Notes: generated by a model not told the origin, from the letters alone. 63,503 bases of DNA, filler included, from Octopus bimaculoides (GCF_001194135.2; 4 parts of 4 records of this genome joined end to end with filler, not necessarily neighbours in it); one strand, 5' to 3'; positions 26,347 through 39,932 are shown, numbered from the whole stretch's first letter. Numbers and translations are program-made.

Positions 26347-27012
26347 TAAATATATATATAGGGCAATAAATTCTAAGGTACCATGATTTCAAAATATATT
26401 GAAGCCAGCCATCAAATGCACTTTAGCTAAAAAAGAAATGGTTTCTTCTATTTCTTTTGGTGATTTTTAAACCTCTCAATTTTAAAAAGTGGTCTATAAA
26501 TTGAATAAGAAAAACATATCATACTTTCCACTGGTTTTTCAGTTTATAAACATGTCACATATGAAATTTATTGCAGAGTTGTGCCGCAGACTTTTGGAAA
26601 TGCAATTTTCAGTCTAGGTTTTTATATGCAAAGGTGATTTGCAAAATGACTAAATTCAGCTAATTGGTATGCATAAATGAAATATCTCAAATTCTGTAAG
26701 TTGCACACTGATCAAACTTGGTATGCAACTTATTTGTACTAGACTTTATTCTTGAGAACAACAATCAGTTCAATATCTAATTGAATGTGCAAATTAAGTA
26801 ATATTCAGTTCCCAAATATGTAAATTAAGCACAATATTTTTTTTCCAATTTTCAACTGGTTTATTCCTCTATAAACTTGCCATAGGTTTAACTGTTTGAG
26901 TAGAATTATATTTTTGTATCTGTCAATAGTAAAACCTTTGCTTCAATGTAATATTTACTAATAGTTCCATTTCCTTGTATGCTACTCACTGTAATTAAAT
27001 GCTGAGTACACC

Positions 27013-27312
27013 AGTCTTGTCACCCCACTACCGAAAAGTAATCAAACACATGCACTGGTTTTAGTATATTCACTTTCATTGACACTGTTACACATCGAGA
27101 GGGTCTGTATGACACCAGCAGCTTCGTAAAATATCACACAGGACATGGCGCTGCATCATTTTGTGGTATGAAAATGATGGTGTCCACACAGACCTTCTCA
27201 AAGTGTGTCACTGTCAATGGAAGTGAATATACTAAAACCAGTACATGTGTTTGCTATTATTACATTGTCCCGCTATTGTTCTCAGTACTTTTCAGTAGAG
27301 GGTGACAAGACT
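27013..27312. mobile_element. Fold-back palindromic element (MITE-like), about 300 bp
   Basis: The left arm AGTCTTGTCACCC..CAAACACATGCACTGGTTTTAGTATATTCACTTTCATTGACA.. is an imperfect reverse complement of the right arm ..TGTCAATGGAAGTGAATATACTAAAACCAGTACATGTGTTTG..GGGTGACAAGACT. The right arm has an insertion of about 30 nt. Confidence 0.8.
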
Positions 27313-28852
27313 TTCAGACCACCCTATAATACATTCTCAGTACAAAAAAATTGGGCCATTTAAAAATCTAAAATAAATTTTTTTTTAATATTTCTAGGAA
27401 TCACTACCTTCAAATAAACAATATTACGGAATATGCAAACAGTTAGTTTTGTTTCATCACAAATCACTTTATAATTTTGCAAAAAATATGTGAAGTTCAT
27501 GTGTGTGTCAGGTTTCTCATGCATGCATTTATTATACCGACTAATATAGAGTATACTTGTCCTTTTTAAAAGGTTAGCAGTTACTTAGGACCGGTTTTCT
27601 CTTCTTTTATCTCCACCATGAACAGAAAACTCATTCTTAATGGTGCAACTGTGATTGTATGAAGCAGGTTGTAAGAAACTGCTAAACCTAGAATACTGTT
27701 TTCAGAAATATACACTTTAGTTGTGCATTTTTCATCAGTGTGGTAGGGGGGTGTTTGTTCCCTTTAAAAGATGTAAATACTTGTTCAACAGTATGAAAGT
27801 GCAGGCACTTCACAAGAGGTTTTGAAGTTGGCCACAAATGGAAAGAATGCAGGGTGATGTCATCAGCATGAATATTAGCGATAGAGAATACATTGTTGAA
27901 GTTAGGTGGTGGTGTGAGAGCGATGTTAGTAGATGTAAGTTAGTGTGAGAGAGAGAGAGAGGGGGATGTACGATGAGGGAGATGATTTAATAGAGGTTGA
28001 GTTAAAGTTTTTTTTTATTCCATATTTTAGATATTTTATTTCTTCTAAATCCCAATCAAATGTAAGTTTATTTACTATTGAAATAGGTCACAACCCAATT
28101 TTGATTTCCAGTTGAATCTCTACTAATGCAATTAATCTCTATAAACATGGCATCAACACCACAATTTTACATTCTTTCATCCCCGCCTACTCCAGGCTAA
28201 TTTGATATCAATAAATGAAAATGTAAACTTTAAGTTTTAGATTCACTCACTTACACACTGGTATCTTTATAATCTAGATATTTATTTCATTTCTTACATT
28301 AATCCACTCTAAGGAATGAGTAGATCCTTCTTTCTTTTTACTTCTCACCCAAGTCGGTTAGTTTCAGTTGTCATCCAGATTTTGAAATTTGATTTTCTTT
28401 CTTCCCTTGAGGTAACTTGACATTTTGTTGTTTCTTCAGAGAATTTTATAGAGAATTGTAACACTTTTTGCTGTTTTCAGTCAATGAACTATAACCGTGC
28501 TGAGATCTTCCTTTCAAGGGTGTGATGTAATCGACTATATCAATCTCAATACCTAGAATGCAATGGGATGTAACCAAATACAATCTGTTATTTTGTTTGA
28601 TTTTGTCGATTCTACGATTCATATCCTTCGCTGTATAAATTATCAAAGAGATGGCTAGAATGATGTACAAATATCTTTTATGTTTTCATTTGTACAACCT
28701 TTCAAGCAGCAGATATAGATTCTCAATTCACTATTGCTTGGTTTATAAATTGAATATCACTGAGGGAGTGATGAATGTCTAACTTAGACAATACCATTTT
28801 AGAAATGTTTTGCTTCATCATATCTGAGATGCCCTTGAGAAAGGCATTTATA

Positions 28853-29456
28853 GGATCTATTTTAAAACGGGGGCGCCAGTTTTCATTTATGTTTTATGTA
28901 GTGTTTTTGGTACGGAAAGACTTTCAAACTTCATATACTTATCTATTTTGTGTTATAGAACAGAAAAATATTTTTGTATTCGAATTTATTTCATGTAAAA
29001 AATTGTCTTATTTCGATAATTTCTACTAATCACTGACATCTATTCAGTTGAAAACAGTTAGCGCTGTAACGGTGTATATCGTATTAATCCCCTAACTCTA
29101 ACCCTAACCCTAACTCTAGAATCTGAACTCTAAAATTGTTACACACATAGATACGCACAGCGTAATTTATTATATAAACAATATATGCATATAAATTACG
29201 ATTAAACCGGATGAAATATGTCACAGGGAATAACATTTTTATGACCGCCCAGCAGTAACTCTTATTCAGCTGAATAGACGTCAGTGATTGGTTGAAATTA
29301 CAGAAATACGACAACTTTAACATGGAATAAATTCCTTTTTTTTTTGTTAAGAAGACTAAGAGTAAAAGATGTTTTATATGACACATTCTACCAGTGTCCC
29401 AACTTTCAAAGTGTTTCGTTAAGAAAATACTGGCGCCCCCGTTTTAAAATAGATCC
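28853..29456. mobile_element. MITE with a perfect 28-bp TIR, internal inverted repeats and a degenerate (CCCTAA)n
   Basis: GGATCTATTTTAAAACGGGGGCGCCAGT (28853-28880) / ACTGGCGCCCCCGTTTTAAAATAGATCC (29429-29456). Second inverted pair near 29010-29050 and 29265-29310. CCTAACTCTAACCCTAACCCTAACTCTA near 29091-29118. Confidence 0.85.
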
Positions 29457-31296
29457 CATTTATATTACACATTATAATTCGTTTCTTGTCCATGAAATAT
29501 GGACCTTTGTACTGAATTCCCGTATCAAACAAGTGTCTCGAAGCAGTTGCTCGGAATGCTAGAAATAACAATCAAATCTCTCACAAGTCATATTCTTGTC
29601 TAATAAAGAAAACAGTATTGTGTTGGATAATTTAGATACTGTATCTGAAAAAAAAGAAAAGCTGAAGTCTATGGATTACCTAACAACTCAGGTCTGTTTA
29701 ATCAATGTTGGGTTAGACAGTGAAAAGCAGTAGTTAACTTTCTACCCACTGTCTCTTTCCTATGGAGGAAGAAATGCCACAAAAGCTAGGTATTGAAGTA
29801 CCTGTATATACAAAGCATACCATCCTGTTTAAAACCATTGCCTCATGCTGACTGTCTTTAACAGAGCAATCTAAGAGAGCTGCAAAGAACATGAGCATTG
29901 TCCCTTATATTGACTAAATTATTTTTTTTAAATACACACATACACTATTGATACACAAAGGTTCTGTTCTCTTTATATTTACCCTACAACTTAATTTGAA
30001 TCATTAACTGTCAAGCACTTTGGTTGTTTAATTCATTTATGATGTGAAACTGGTAGGTGGGAGATAAATCTTCCTCTGGAGAGGTCATATTCAGTCTTTT
30101 GCAGGTAACATTGCAATGAGATAATATAGAATAAACCGTTCTGCATAAAAACCAAACAAAAAACCTGCAACGACCTAATCCACTCAGCCTGTCTTCAACA
30201 GTTTTAATTCTTGCCATATTTGGTGTGAAAGACACACAGTTTTACTAGATGCATCCCAACTTTGCATATAGGATCCTGAGTGATTTTTTTTTTATCCTTT
30301 TTGTTTTTTTTTAAATGTGTATGTGTGGGAAGAAAGTGTATTTTATAAAGCTATCAAATACAGTACTCTTTAACCAGTTTTATTGATTGGACTGCAACCA
30401 CACATGGACATTGACTTCACGGACTATCAAGAGTATCAAATCAACCTCAGAACATATTTCGATATGGTATTTATTATATCAATCTCTGGTCATGCAAACA
30501 CTGACACACGAACTGATTAGAGGTGTCAATCACTATATTTACCAGGGTATTTATGGGAGAAGGAGTGTCTCTATTTAAGAAAAAATACCAAATTACACAA
30601 AATACAATTCTATATTATGAGAAGTAAGATTAGCTTTGTATGTGTTTAATAATTTTAATAATGAGTTGCCTATGAATAAAACAGCTTTCCGCTTTCAGGG
30701 AGTTTTGTGATACTGTAATCGTTTTCCATATAGTACCAGGGGCCTTGACTTTGCTATCTACGTCAGTGCTGATGCTGAACCGAAATGTTTCTGCTAACTG
30801 TCCTTTAAGTAATGTAAGAATCACAACCCACCTCCCCTTCTTAAATTTTCCTATCAGCCTTCATTACGATGTGAATGCTTGCAACTGAGGTTCTATACCT
30901 ACCAATCATTTCCACATCTGTTTCCAGTTGCCAATCCCATTTCTTCCCTTCTTTCTTTTCTCTATTCATTTCAAGTGACAGACCACAGGCTCTACAGCTA
31001 AGAATATTTCAGAAAATATCTGGTTTCCATCAGAAAATGTTCCTGCTTGGTCCTAAATATATCCCCCCCCCCACACACACACACTCGAACTTTCACCACA
31101 GAAAAAAAAATCACTTTAATTATTCTCTCCTCCTCTCTCTCTTTCTCTCTTGTGTGAGTATGTGTATGGAAATGGTGGTGGTGGTGGTGGTGGTGGTAGT
31201 GGTGGCGCTACAATTGTGTATGTACCACCTAACTAGAAATTTCAACAAGTCAGTTCAGTTATTAATGTAGTTGATACGAAAGTGACTTTACTACAT

Positions 31297-31396
31297 NNNN
31301 NNNNNNNNNNNNNNNNNNNNNNNNNNNNNNNNNNNNNNNNTTAATTAATTAANNNNNNNNNNNNNNNNNNNNNNNNNNNNNNNNNNNNNNNNNNNN
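31297..31396. other. Assembly spacer 44N+TTAATTAATTAA+44N (also at 53420-53519 and 62311-62410)
   Basis: Identical 100-nt construct three times; the 12-mer has stop codons in all six frames. Confidence 0.95.
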
Positions 31397-32125
31397 TAGA
31401 AATATAATATTTCTAAATCTCTCAGAGAGATTTAAGCAGTAGTGGAAGGATAAAGTTGTAGTATATTGTCAACTTAATGTGACAATCCCAATAAAGGAAT
31501 ACACTACTGCCGTTTAGCCCTAGGAAGCTGGACCGCTTCCTGTCGGCCTTGACACACTTACTGTGTCCTTAAGTTTGCGAGGGGGAGACAAGCTCCTCCA
31601 CCCAGACTAGCCAGCATTCAGGGACATGTTTCTGAGTCTTTGCTACTTCAGGCTGATGACGAGCAAAGACTGTATCATTTTAGATACAGTGCAGACCACT
31701 GCAAGTGAGGGGGTATCCACTAACAGCTTTGCAGTGCGTTCAAAAATCACATACTGCTACTCTAATTCTCCATGAGAGGTTAGGGCCTGGAATGCTTCAA
31801 ATGGACGCATAACATATCGCTTAGCTGAATTAACCAATTATTTACTCCACAAATGGTTTATTATAAACGCTGTACTCTCCAGTATCATCTGTTTCAACAT
31901 AATTGTAATATATATAAACTGTGCTCTGTGACAAATTCTAAGAGATCTCACTATAGTTGTCTATCTCTTTCACTTTCTCATGGTAAACTTTCCAATACCC
32001 TATGAAAGTGTGTCGCTCACACCGTGTGTGTCAACGTGTTTGTCAATGTGTGTACGCATACTGTCTTAATGTATTTCATTAGGGGAAGGAATTATATAAA
32101 AGCACCACGTAAAATAATTGTTTTG

Positions 32126-32450
32126 AGGAGTGGCTGTGTGCTAAGTAACTTGCTTACCAACCACATGGTTCCGGGTTCAGTCCCACTGNNNNNNNNNNAT
32201 ATATATATATATATATATATAAGTCTATGTTTGTATGTCAGTGTTTGTCCACCAACATCGCTTGACAACCGATGGTAGTGTGTTTACATGCTCGTCACTT
32301 AGCGGTTCCGCAAGAGACACCGATGGAATAAGTACTAGGCTTACAAAGAATAAGTCCTGGGTCAATTTGCTTGACTAAAGGCAGTGCTCCAGCATAGCCG
32401 CAGTCAAATGACTGAAACAAATAGCAGAAAACTAAAAGAATAAAAGAATA
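32126..32450 (+). mobile_element. SINE family A spanning a small gap
   Basis: 5' part at 32126-32188 and 3' part at 32220-32450. Confidence 0.75.
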
Positions 32451-32705
32451 GCATAATTTAATGTTAATGCCTATGATTTTCCTTACATACACATAGACAC
32501 ATCAATATACACCAACATACACGCGCACAAAATGAAATACAAAGATATATATTTACATAAAATCATACTCTCATGCATAAATTGTCGGAAATAAGTTAAA
32601 GAGAGAGACACGCACACAAAGTTAGAGAGTAAATAAGAGAGAGAAAATAAATTGATTCCAGAAATATTACGTTAGTAACATATTATCAACAATAATTGAA
32701 CTTAC

Positions 32706-32777
32706 ACTATCTGTAAACTGGTAAGGTTGTGGAAAACTCCGCGGTCGATTTTGTCAATCATATTATTTCTGAAATGT
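32706..32777 (-). CDS. 72-nt LRR exon, (L)HFRNNMIDKIDRGVFHNLTSLQIV
   Basis: Exactly 72 nt between TTATGTTACAG| and |GTAAGT, phase 2/2, one 24-aa LRR. Joins in frame to the 43376 exon (TT+A = Leu). Not in the ORF track. Confidence 0.88.
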
Positions 32778-32889
32778 CTGTAACATAAAACAAAGTTTAA
32801 ACTAATAGTAAACGAAAGTTTCCTGATGAATTATTTAATCTTCAGTCAGATGAAGAACATCGGACAATGAACGACAAAAGCCCAGCAAA

Positions 32890-33368
32890 GATGATGATGA
32901 TGATGATAATGATGATGATGATAATGACGACGTTGATGAATGTGATGATGATGATGATGATAATCATTATCATCATCATCATGAAATAGGTGAAAGAGGC
33001 AGAAATTGATGGCAATATCGGAAATTGCGAAGGAAAATCAATGGTAGAACGTATAGATGTATAAAACTGGAGAGCGATGAAACGAAACAGATGTTTGAAA
33101 ATTTGTAAAATAGGCGAAACAATATTTTGAGAATAAAAAAGAGATGATGACCATACTCAAATTAACGGAAAATCATGAAGAAGAAGACAAAGAGGAAGAA
33201 GCTGAAGAAGAAGACGAAGAGGAAGAACATGAAGAAGAAGATTAAGACAGAGGAGGAGGAGGAGAAGAAGAGGAAGAGGAAGGAGATATGTAGAAGTTGA
33301 AGTAGAAGAACTGTAATTATAATGATAGAAAGAACACAAACAAGAACAGGTATTATTAATATTATTAC

Positions 33369-33400
<32 letters not shown>

Positions 33401-34050
33401 ATAGCAGAAACAACAGCAGCAGTACAAGAAGTATGAGGAATGGAAGAAGATGAAGGAGGGGGAGGAGGGGGGAGGAAAGATAAAGATTGAAATGAAAAAT
33501 TAGAAGTTAGCTTATGATTAAGGGGAAGAGAAAGAAGAGCAACAAAACATGTACAGCAAGAACAAGATGAAGAATAAAAAGGAGGAGAGGAAGAACAGTT
33601 TGAAGAAGAAAATGAACAAATAAAGAGAAAGATTATGATGATGATGTTGATTATCATGATAATGATGATGATATCGATGATGATGATAATCATGATCACG
33701 GTGATGACGAAGTCGACAGTGATGATGATGATGATGATTGTAATGATGGTGTGTAGGGGATGGGGAGGAAGCTGACATGGATTATGATCAAGCTTATTAC
33801 GATGGTGATGCTAAGGATCATACCCATGAAGATTTTGTTGCTTACTCTTTGAATTCTATCCTAATGCTTATGATGATTCCGTCTCTAAACATTATGTCGA
33901 TGATAATGATAATAATGATGTTATTGGTGAGGATGATGATGCCAATGGTGATGATAATGATGGCGAAAATTGCCATGATGTTCACGACGACGACGACCAC
34001 CACCACCACCACCGCGATCACGACGACGACGACGACGACGACCATGATGA
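32890..34050. repeat. Purine-rich compound trinucleotide microsatellite tract, (GAT)n/(GAA)n/(GAG)n/(TAG)n; similar tracts at 47495-47560, 50740-50900 and 53100-53240
   Basis: Direct reading; source of the spurious poly-F/S/L/I/H ORFs in the track. Confidence 0.9.
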
Positions 34051-34060
34051 ATGTAAGGAA

Positions 34061-36467
34061 CACAGTATATTATTGGATGCAATAAGTTCCCTCGTGGAGA
34101 ATTCGGATGGTATTGAGAGACACTACATGTGGCAAAATACAGAAAACTCGCTCGTAATTGGTTCACGATGCAAAGAGTATTTAGAGGTAACGCCTTGCTT
34201 TCACAGTAGGCTTCAATATCATTGAGAGAGCTGGAAATCTATTTCAACAATATATACTGGACGTATATGTGAAGTTTGAGGTTTGCAGATTGCAATACCT
34301 TAGAGCAGTAAAGATGGATTTGTGGATTTGTGAAACTACCTGCTCAGAGGGGCTCTTGAGAATGTTGAGCCAGGAGTGCCTGTGATACTTCCATCATCAT
34401 TGACAGGCAGTCCTAGGAGTATGCACCATTTCCATGATGCAATGGTGATTGTAGAAAAGTATTGTAAACCTGACTTATTTGTCACATATACATGACACTC
34501 TTAGTTCTAAGAGACAGAAAATAATTTGCAGCGGAATGAGACTTCTGAAAACTCACCAGATTTAGTTGCAAGAATGTACAAGTTGCATCTCACTGAACTT
34601 CTGAAGGATATAAAGGACATACATGTATTTGTTGTATCAGTGGCTCACGTTCATGTCATTGAGTTTCAAAAGAAAGGACTTCCACACTGCCATATGCTGG
34701 CAGTCTTAAGAAATGAAAACAAGTTGAAGAACCGACATGATATAGATAAAATGGTATCAGCAGAGTTTCCTGATTCAAACAATGACCCAGTCATGCACGA
34801 TTTAGTTGAGAAACTCTTGATACATGGCATTTGTGATGAAGATAACCCCTCCTCACTCACCATGCATAGAGAATGCGTCTTGTCAAAAACATTTCCCAAG
34901 AAGTAGAGAAGTGAGACACTACTAAATATTAATGGATGTCCGGATACAGGAGGCGCAATAATGGGATCACAGCACAAGTTGGGCACCACTCGTCTGACAA
35001 CAGGTAAGTCATTCCATACCATGCTTATCTATAAAAGAAATTCCGAGCTCAGATTAATATAAAAGTTTGCTCCTCTGTAAAAAGCGATAAGGACATCTGC
35101 AAGTATTCTTGAAAGTTCCCGACTGCGCTTCATTTGAAGTAAGGAAGAATGCAGTGGCAGAAAGCAAATAGATTCAACAACCCCATAATGAAATCTGAAA
35201 TCATCTTGCATGTTGATATGTTTCACCTTTTGAACCCATGTAGAGAATATCTGAGTCCAAGTTGCATGACTACTTCCAGACTGTCTACAGACTAGCAGTT
35301 CACCTTGAAGAGACCAGTAGAGCATGTACTTCCACAGAGGTGAAGCTCAACAAGCTGCTCAAAAACAGAAAAGCGTGACACTCCTCTCACTGCATGGTTC
35401 AAATTGAATGAACACGATGAAAATTCACGGATGTACTTGTACCCTGACATTCCTGTACGTTACGTGCTTAATGAAAGTACAAAAAAATGGACACCTAGGA
35501 GAAGGAACATCATCATCAGCAGAAGAATGTACACAGTGAGTCCTAGGGACGTATAAAAACTTCTCTTACGATATTGCTGCTTTTGCATGTTCCAGTCGCT
35601 AAAAGCTTTGAAGAAGTTCGATCCGTAGGAGGTGAAATCAGTGCAACATTTAAAGATACGTGCATAAGACTTGGTCTTCTCCAAAATAATGAAGTGTTAG
35701 AGCATGCCATACTTGAAGCTGCTGCATATCGGCTGTCGTCTCAGCTGCGTATTATGTTTCCCGTCCTCTGCATCTCTTCAGACCCTACTAATGTTCTTCG
35801 CCTGCAGAACACCCATGATGATTATGTGATGGAAGATTATGTTCACTGAGGTCTGAATGCAAAACAAGCAGAAAATATGGCTCTACGCTCCATAAATGCT
35901 GTGTCATTTCAAAATGATACTAGCTGCCTTAATATTGGATTGCCTGAACTAGTGGCAATGCAACAAGTTGAGCATGATGACGTGAACCACATAGGCATTG
36001 TAACCCTTACTGATAAGCAGAGAGTGATTGCTGATGCAGTCATTGAATTAGTTGGAAAGAAAATGAGAGGTGAGGTGCCGGAATGTTCCTGTTTCTATGC
36101 AAACGCTCCCGGAGGCTGTGGAAAATCTTACATTTTTAATGTGCTGGTCTTACATCTGCGGAGAAACAACTATCAAGTGTGCTGTGGTGCGTGGACAAGC
36201 ACAGCTTCGACATTGCTGTCTGGAGGAAAAACGGTGCACAGTTTGCTCAAATTGCCCGTTACACTGTTGGAAACTAGCATTTGCAATGTACCACCCACCT
36301 CTGACCACAAACATAATTTGAGAAATTTGGATTTGGTTATTATAGGTGAGGCATCCATGATCCCTCTATTTGCTCTTCAAGCTATTGACAAAGCTCTGAA
36401 AGACATGACTGACAGCAATGAAGATTTTAGTGGAAAAGTTGTGCTCTTTGGGTGAGACTTCAGGCAA
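34061..36467 (+). mobile_element. Degenerate Helitron Rep-helicase (PIF1-like) coding region
   Basis: Rep motifs KYCKPDLFVTYT, VIEFQKKGLPHCH and ISAE-like VSAEFPD. Helicase motifs APGGCGKSY, ASTLLSGGKTVHSLLKLP, IIGEASM and FG*DFRQ. Multiple stops and frameshifts; termini not seen. Confidence 0.92.
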
Positions 36468-37435
36468 TTCTGTGCAAGATTCAAGTGAGTCAGGTCATAA
36501 TGTAGACGTGTCCTATGATTCATGATTTAATGGGTCGCTGGTAAATGATTCTTTGGCAATGCCTCTCAAGAACAGAGAATTAGTGTATCCTCTCACCAAA
36601 GAGCTCAGACTGCTTAATGATAAACTAAGAGGTTATGAATAAATTACCATGTGACCAGTCACTGGTCACCTCGTATAAGCCCTTCCACAAGACTTAACGT
36701 AGACCTTAAATATATCAATAAATACTCCTGTCATGAACCTATTGTATTTAAAAACTTAATTCCATAAATTAACCGCAGGATCCCTTGACTTTCTTCTTCG
36801 AAAGAAATATTCGAATACGCTGCCCCATATTGTAATAAGACCCTACATGATGGCAGCTTTACTGACAAAATCCACAACCAACCACCTCTTATCATCTAGA
36901 CTGAAGAACTGGTGTCGGAAAGTTTTATGGCTCCCCTCCCTTACATTCCACCCTTAATGTTAGGAGAAATGTAGGTACAAGCTTCTTGCACTTAGTAGAT
37001 ATCCACTTCCCAAGGTTTACGTCGTCCGTTATTTTTTTGATATGACTTAATATTTGGTAGACAAGAAAAGGTTATCTTGTCGGAATTTAAACATACCCAC
37101 CGGACATTTATTATACTAGTAATATCAGGTTTACATCTGCATGAGATTGAATTATTGTTACATCATTTTATATTCTTGTATTGGGGGTATATAATATAAC
37201 GAAACTGAGGGAAGGAAAGTAAACAGACGACGCACTACTGAGACTTCAGGCAATTCTGTGCAAGATTCAAGTGAGTCAGGTCATAATGTAGACGTGTCCT
37301 ATGATTCATGATTTAATGGGTTGCTGGTAAATGATTCTTTGGCAATGCCTCTCAAGAACAGAGAATTAGTGTATCCTTTCACCAAAGAGCTCAGACTGCT
37401 TAATGATAAACTAAGAGGTTATGAATAAATTACCA
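36453..37435 (+). repeat. 197-bp direct repeat: 36453-36649 and 37239-37435
   Basis: Direct reading of both copies; I see only 2 substitutions (gggtcg/gggttg and cctctc/cctttc). Confidence 0.93.
36672..37013 (+). mobile_element. Penelope-like element (Naiad-like) fragment, post-RT/thumb region
   Basis: Across frameshifts: YKPFHKT..LKYINKYSCHEPIVFKNLIP, LSSSKEIFEYAAPY, KVLW..NVGTSFLHLVDIHFP. These match the recalled PLE motifs YKPY..YIN..SNHP, LSSN..IF..AAP and NIG..FL.L.DKHFP. Confidence 0.7.
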
Positions 37436-39866
37436 GTCTTGAGAAACAATCTGCATGACCTAATTTCTTGGAGGGTATATACTTCAAATGGAAATCATAG
37501 TTTAATAATATCGAACCCCAGCGTTGCAATCTATTAGTAGTATGAATAGGGAATCCTTTTTTTGACCCAAATATTGATAATAATGGGTGATAATCAGTCT
37601 GTAGACGAAAACTTCTACCGTGCAAAAATCTGTGAAATTTTTTCACGGCAAAAATAATCGCTAGCGCTTCTTTTTCGATTTGACTATAATTTTTCTCTTC
37701 TGATATCAGAGAACGTGACGTATGAACCACCGTCTCCAAGTTAGTATCTTTATATTTATGTAGCATTAATGCTCCTATACCGTACTAAGAAGCGTCTGAA
37801 GCTACAACAATCTCCGCTGCAGGATCGAAGCATAATAACAACAAATCAGGTATAAATTAATTTTTTAAAATTTTGTCAAAAGCCTGTTAACATTTTTCCG
37901 ACAAATTCCATTTCATATCTTATTTTCAGCAGATTATTCCGTGGATCCCTTGCCTTATGCATATTTGGAATATAAATTTGGTAAAATTTGCCCACCCTAA
38001 AAATGCTTGTACGGTCGCTGTATTTGTCGGAGAGGGTATATTTTTAATTGCATCTGCCCTCGACGGGTCTGGTCGATGACCAACTTCTGTCAATGATTTG
38101 TACTTAATATCTTATTTTCGGTAAGAAAATTTCACACTTTTCGTCACTTAAATTAAGGCCGAAATCCCTATTTTTCCCGAATCCCTAGTTTACGTGTCCT
38201 GTGCGTTGTTCCCTGGATTTGCTCTTAACGAGAATATTATCCAGATATGGATTGTAAGACATCCGTTTAAACCAGTGAAAAATCAGCACACACTATGATC
38301 TTATTCTTTTTCTTAATGTACACAGTTAGTACTGCCTATTGACTATGTTCCACTTTTTGGGTAACTCCAATTTTTTTCTAATCTCTCTAACACTAAGTTT
38401 ATCTGTTATAACCTGTTTAGATACTGGTGTGGAGTGTTCTTTTATTTCAAACCAGGTCTTCGTTTTCGTACACAGACCTAATTTATCAGACAGAACTTCA
38501 AAAAATACTTTTTTTTTTTTCAATTCGTCTGTCGCATTATTTGTACTGGCGAAAAAACCATTCACATCTTTAAAAAGATTTATGGAATATCCCATAAGTT
38601 AAATAATTGCATCGAGTCAGTTACGAATAAGTTTGCTTTTGTATTATTTAACACAAAACTCTAGGTTTTAAGGTTTTTTTAACGAAATGTAATTTTACTT
38701 ATCAATTGGCTCTTAAAATATTTTTTGCTGGTACACGATGGGCAATTTTCGAAGTTAAATTTAATTTAGGTTTCTCGATTTTTTTCCATGTAACTCTGTT
38801 AATTATTGATAAGTCGCTTCCTGTAACTTTACGTTTGTGTTTTAAATGCTTCATACACAAATTCTCTTTGAGGCTCGTTTGTATTTTTTGTCACCGATAA
38901 TCCGATTAGGCGATTTTTTTCTTTTGAACCACTTTTTAGGTTCTGCTTTGCAGTGTAATTTTTTATGACCTATATTACCAAACTTGAAACATTTTATATT
39001 ATCAGACGGAAAATTATTTTTAGAATGTAGACCACTGCAACCATCACATGGATTCAGTCTTGATGTTATCTTCTTATCTGATACCGGTTGACACACTTGA
39101 ATTTGAGAGCAAACGTTCTCTTCAATTTTATTTGCGTCATGATTTATAACCCTCTGACATTCTGCTACTGCTGTAGTCGCTGTTATTGTTGCTGCTGCTG
39201 TAGTCGATGTTGTAACTGCTGTAGCTGCTGCTGTTGTTGCTGTTATTGTTGCTGCTGCTGATTTTGCAACTGTATCACGGAGGCCAACAGGTCTTCCATG
39301 TTAATGAATTTTTCTTTGATTTCGTACCAAAAAAGAAAATTTTAAATGTCCAACGTAAGCTTCGAACAACTCGTCGTCACTTTTATATACTTGTATTAGA
39401 TATCTGATATTACGAAGCAGCGGTGAAGAAAGTATATACTAGACGTACTATTATTACTACTACACTTGAGTCAACGCTCTCAATCTCGACTCACTGGGAA
39501 CTACTTACCAACACGAACTGTTAATCGTTCACAGTTCTCTAATTTATAATAACGAGTCAGCCGACCTTTGGTCACTTGGGGGGAGGAGTCGGGATCCTTC
39601 CACAACACGTTGATTGTCTCTCTTGTATTTTCTTGCCTTCTTCACAAGCATCCCTTGCTCAAAGTTTATTTGTTCAAAAGGTAACCCAGAAACTCAGTCT
39701 TGCTTTCAGCTTGATAAATGGCGGAATAAATTATTTCAACCAGGAAACCCTTAGAAACTGTATTTACAAACTTTGTGTATTTTTATTTTAAGATTGCCTT
39801 TACTCTCTTAACTGATTGAGGGTTTTCTTCTTTGTGTAGGATTACCACATAATATGTATGTACACA
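37436..39866 (-). mobile_element. Truncated Gypsy/Ty3 LTR retrotransposon (Mag/K02A2.6-like): putative 5' LTR, gag, partial RT, RNase H; integrase missing
   Basis: Gag start MEDLLASVIQLQNQQQ, degenerate zinc knuckles (CDGCSGLH, CFKFGNIGH), TVYIKKKNKIIVCADFSTGLN, YLDNIL, RPDPSRADAIK, VASDAS, NYSQIEKEALAIIFAVKKFH..TDYHPL..HADCFSRL. PBS-like TGACGACGAG at 39379-39370. RT core deleted between GLNGCL and YLDNIL. LTR limits (about 39392-39866) are uncertain. Confidence 0.9.
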
Positions 39867-39880
39867 TATAGATAGATATG

Positions 39881-39932
<52 letters not shown>

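Noticed and set aside
29091-29118. Telomere or chromosome-fusion relic
   Set aside because: Only about four degenerate units, located inside a TIR-bounded MITE.
33846-33920. Possible additional minus-strand exon ending at a GTAAGC donor (..FRDGIIISIRIEFKE)
   Set aside because: No acceptor at 72 nt, no LRR consensus, and it is embedded in (ATC)n repeats.
33157-34166. Poly-S/L/F/H/T/V ORFs here and at 50453-51048, 52919-53385, 54316-54841 and 61981-62366
   Set aside because: They are translations of trinucleotide microsatellites; only the embedded 72-nt LRR exons are credible.
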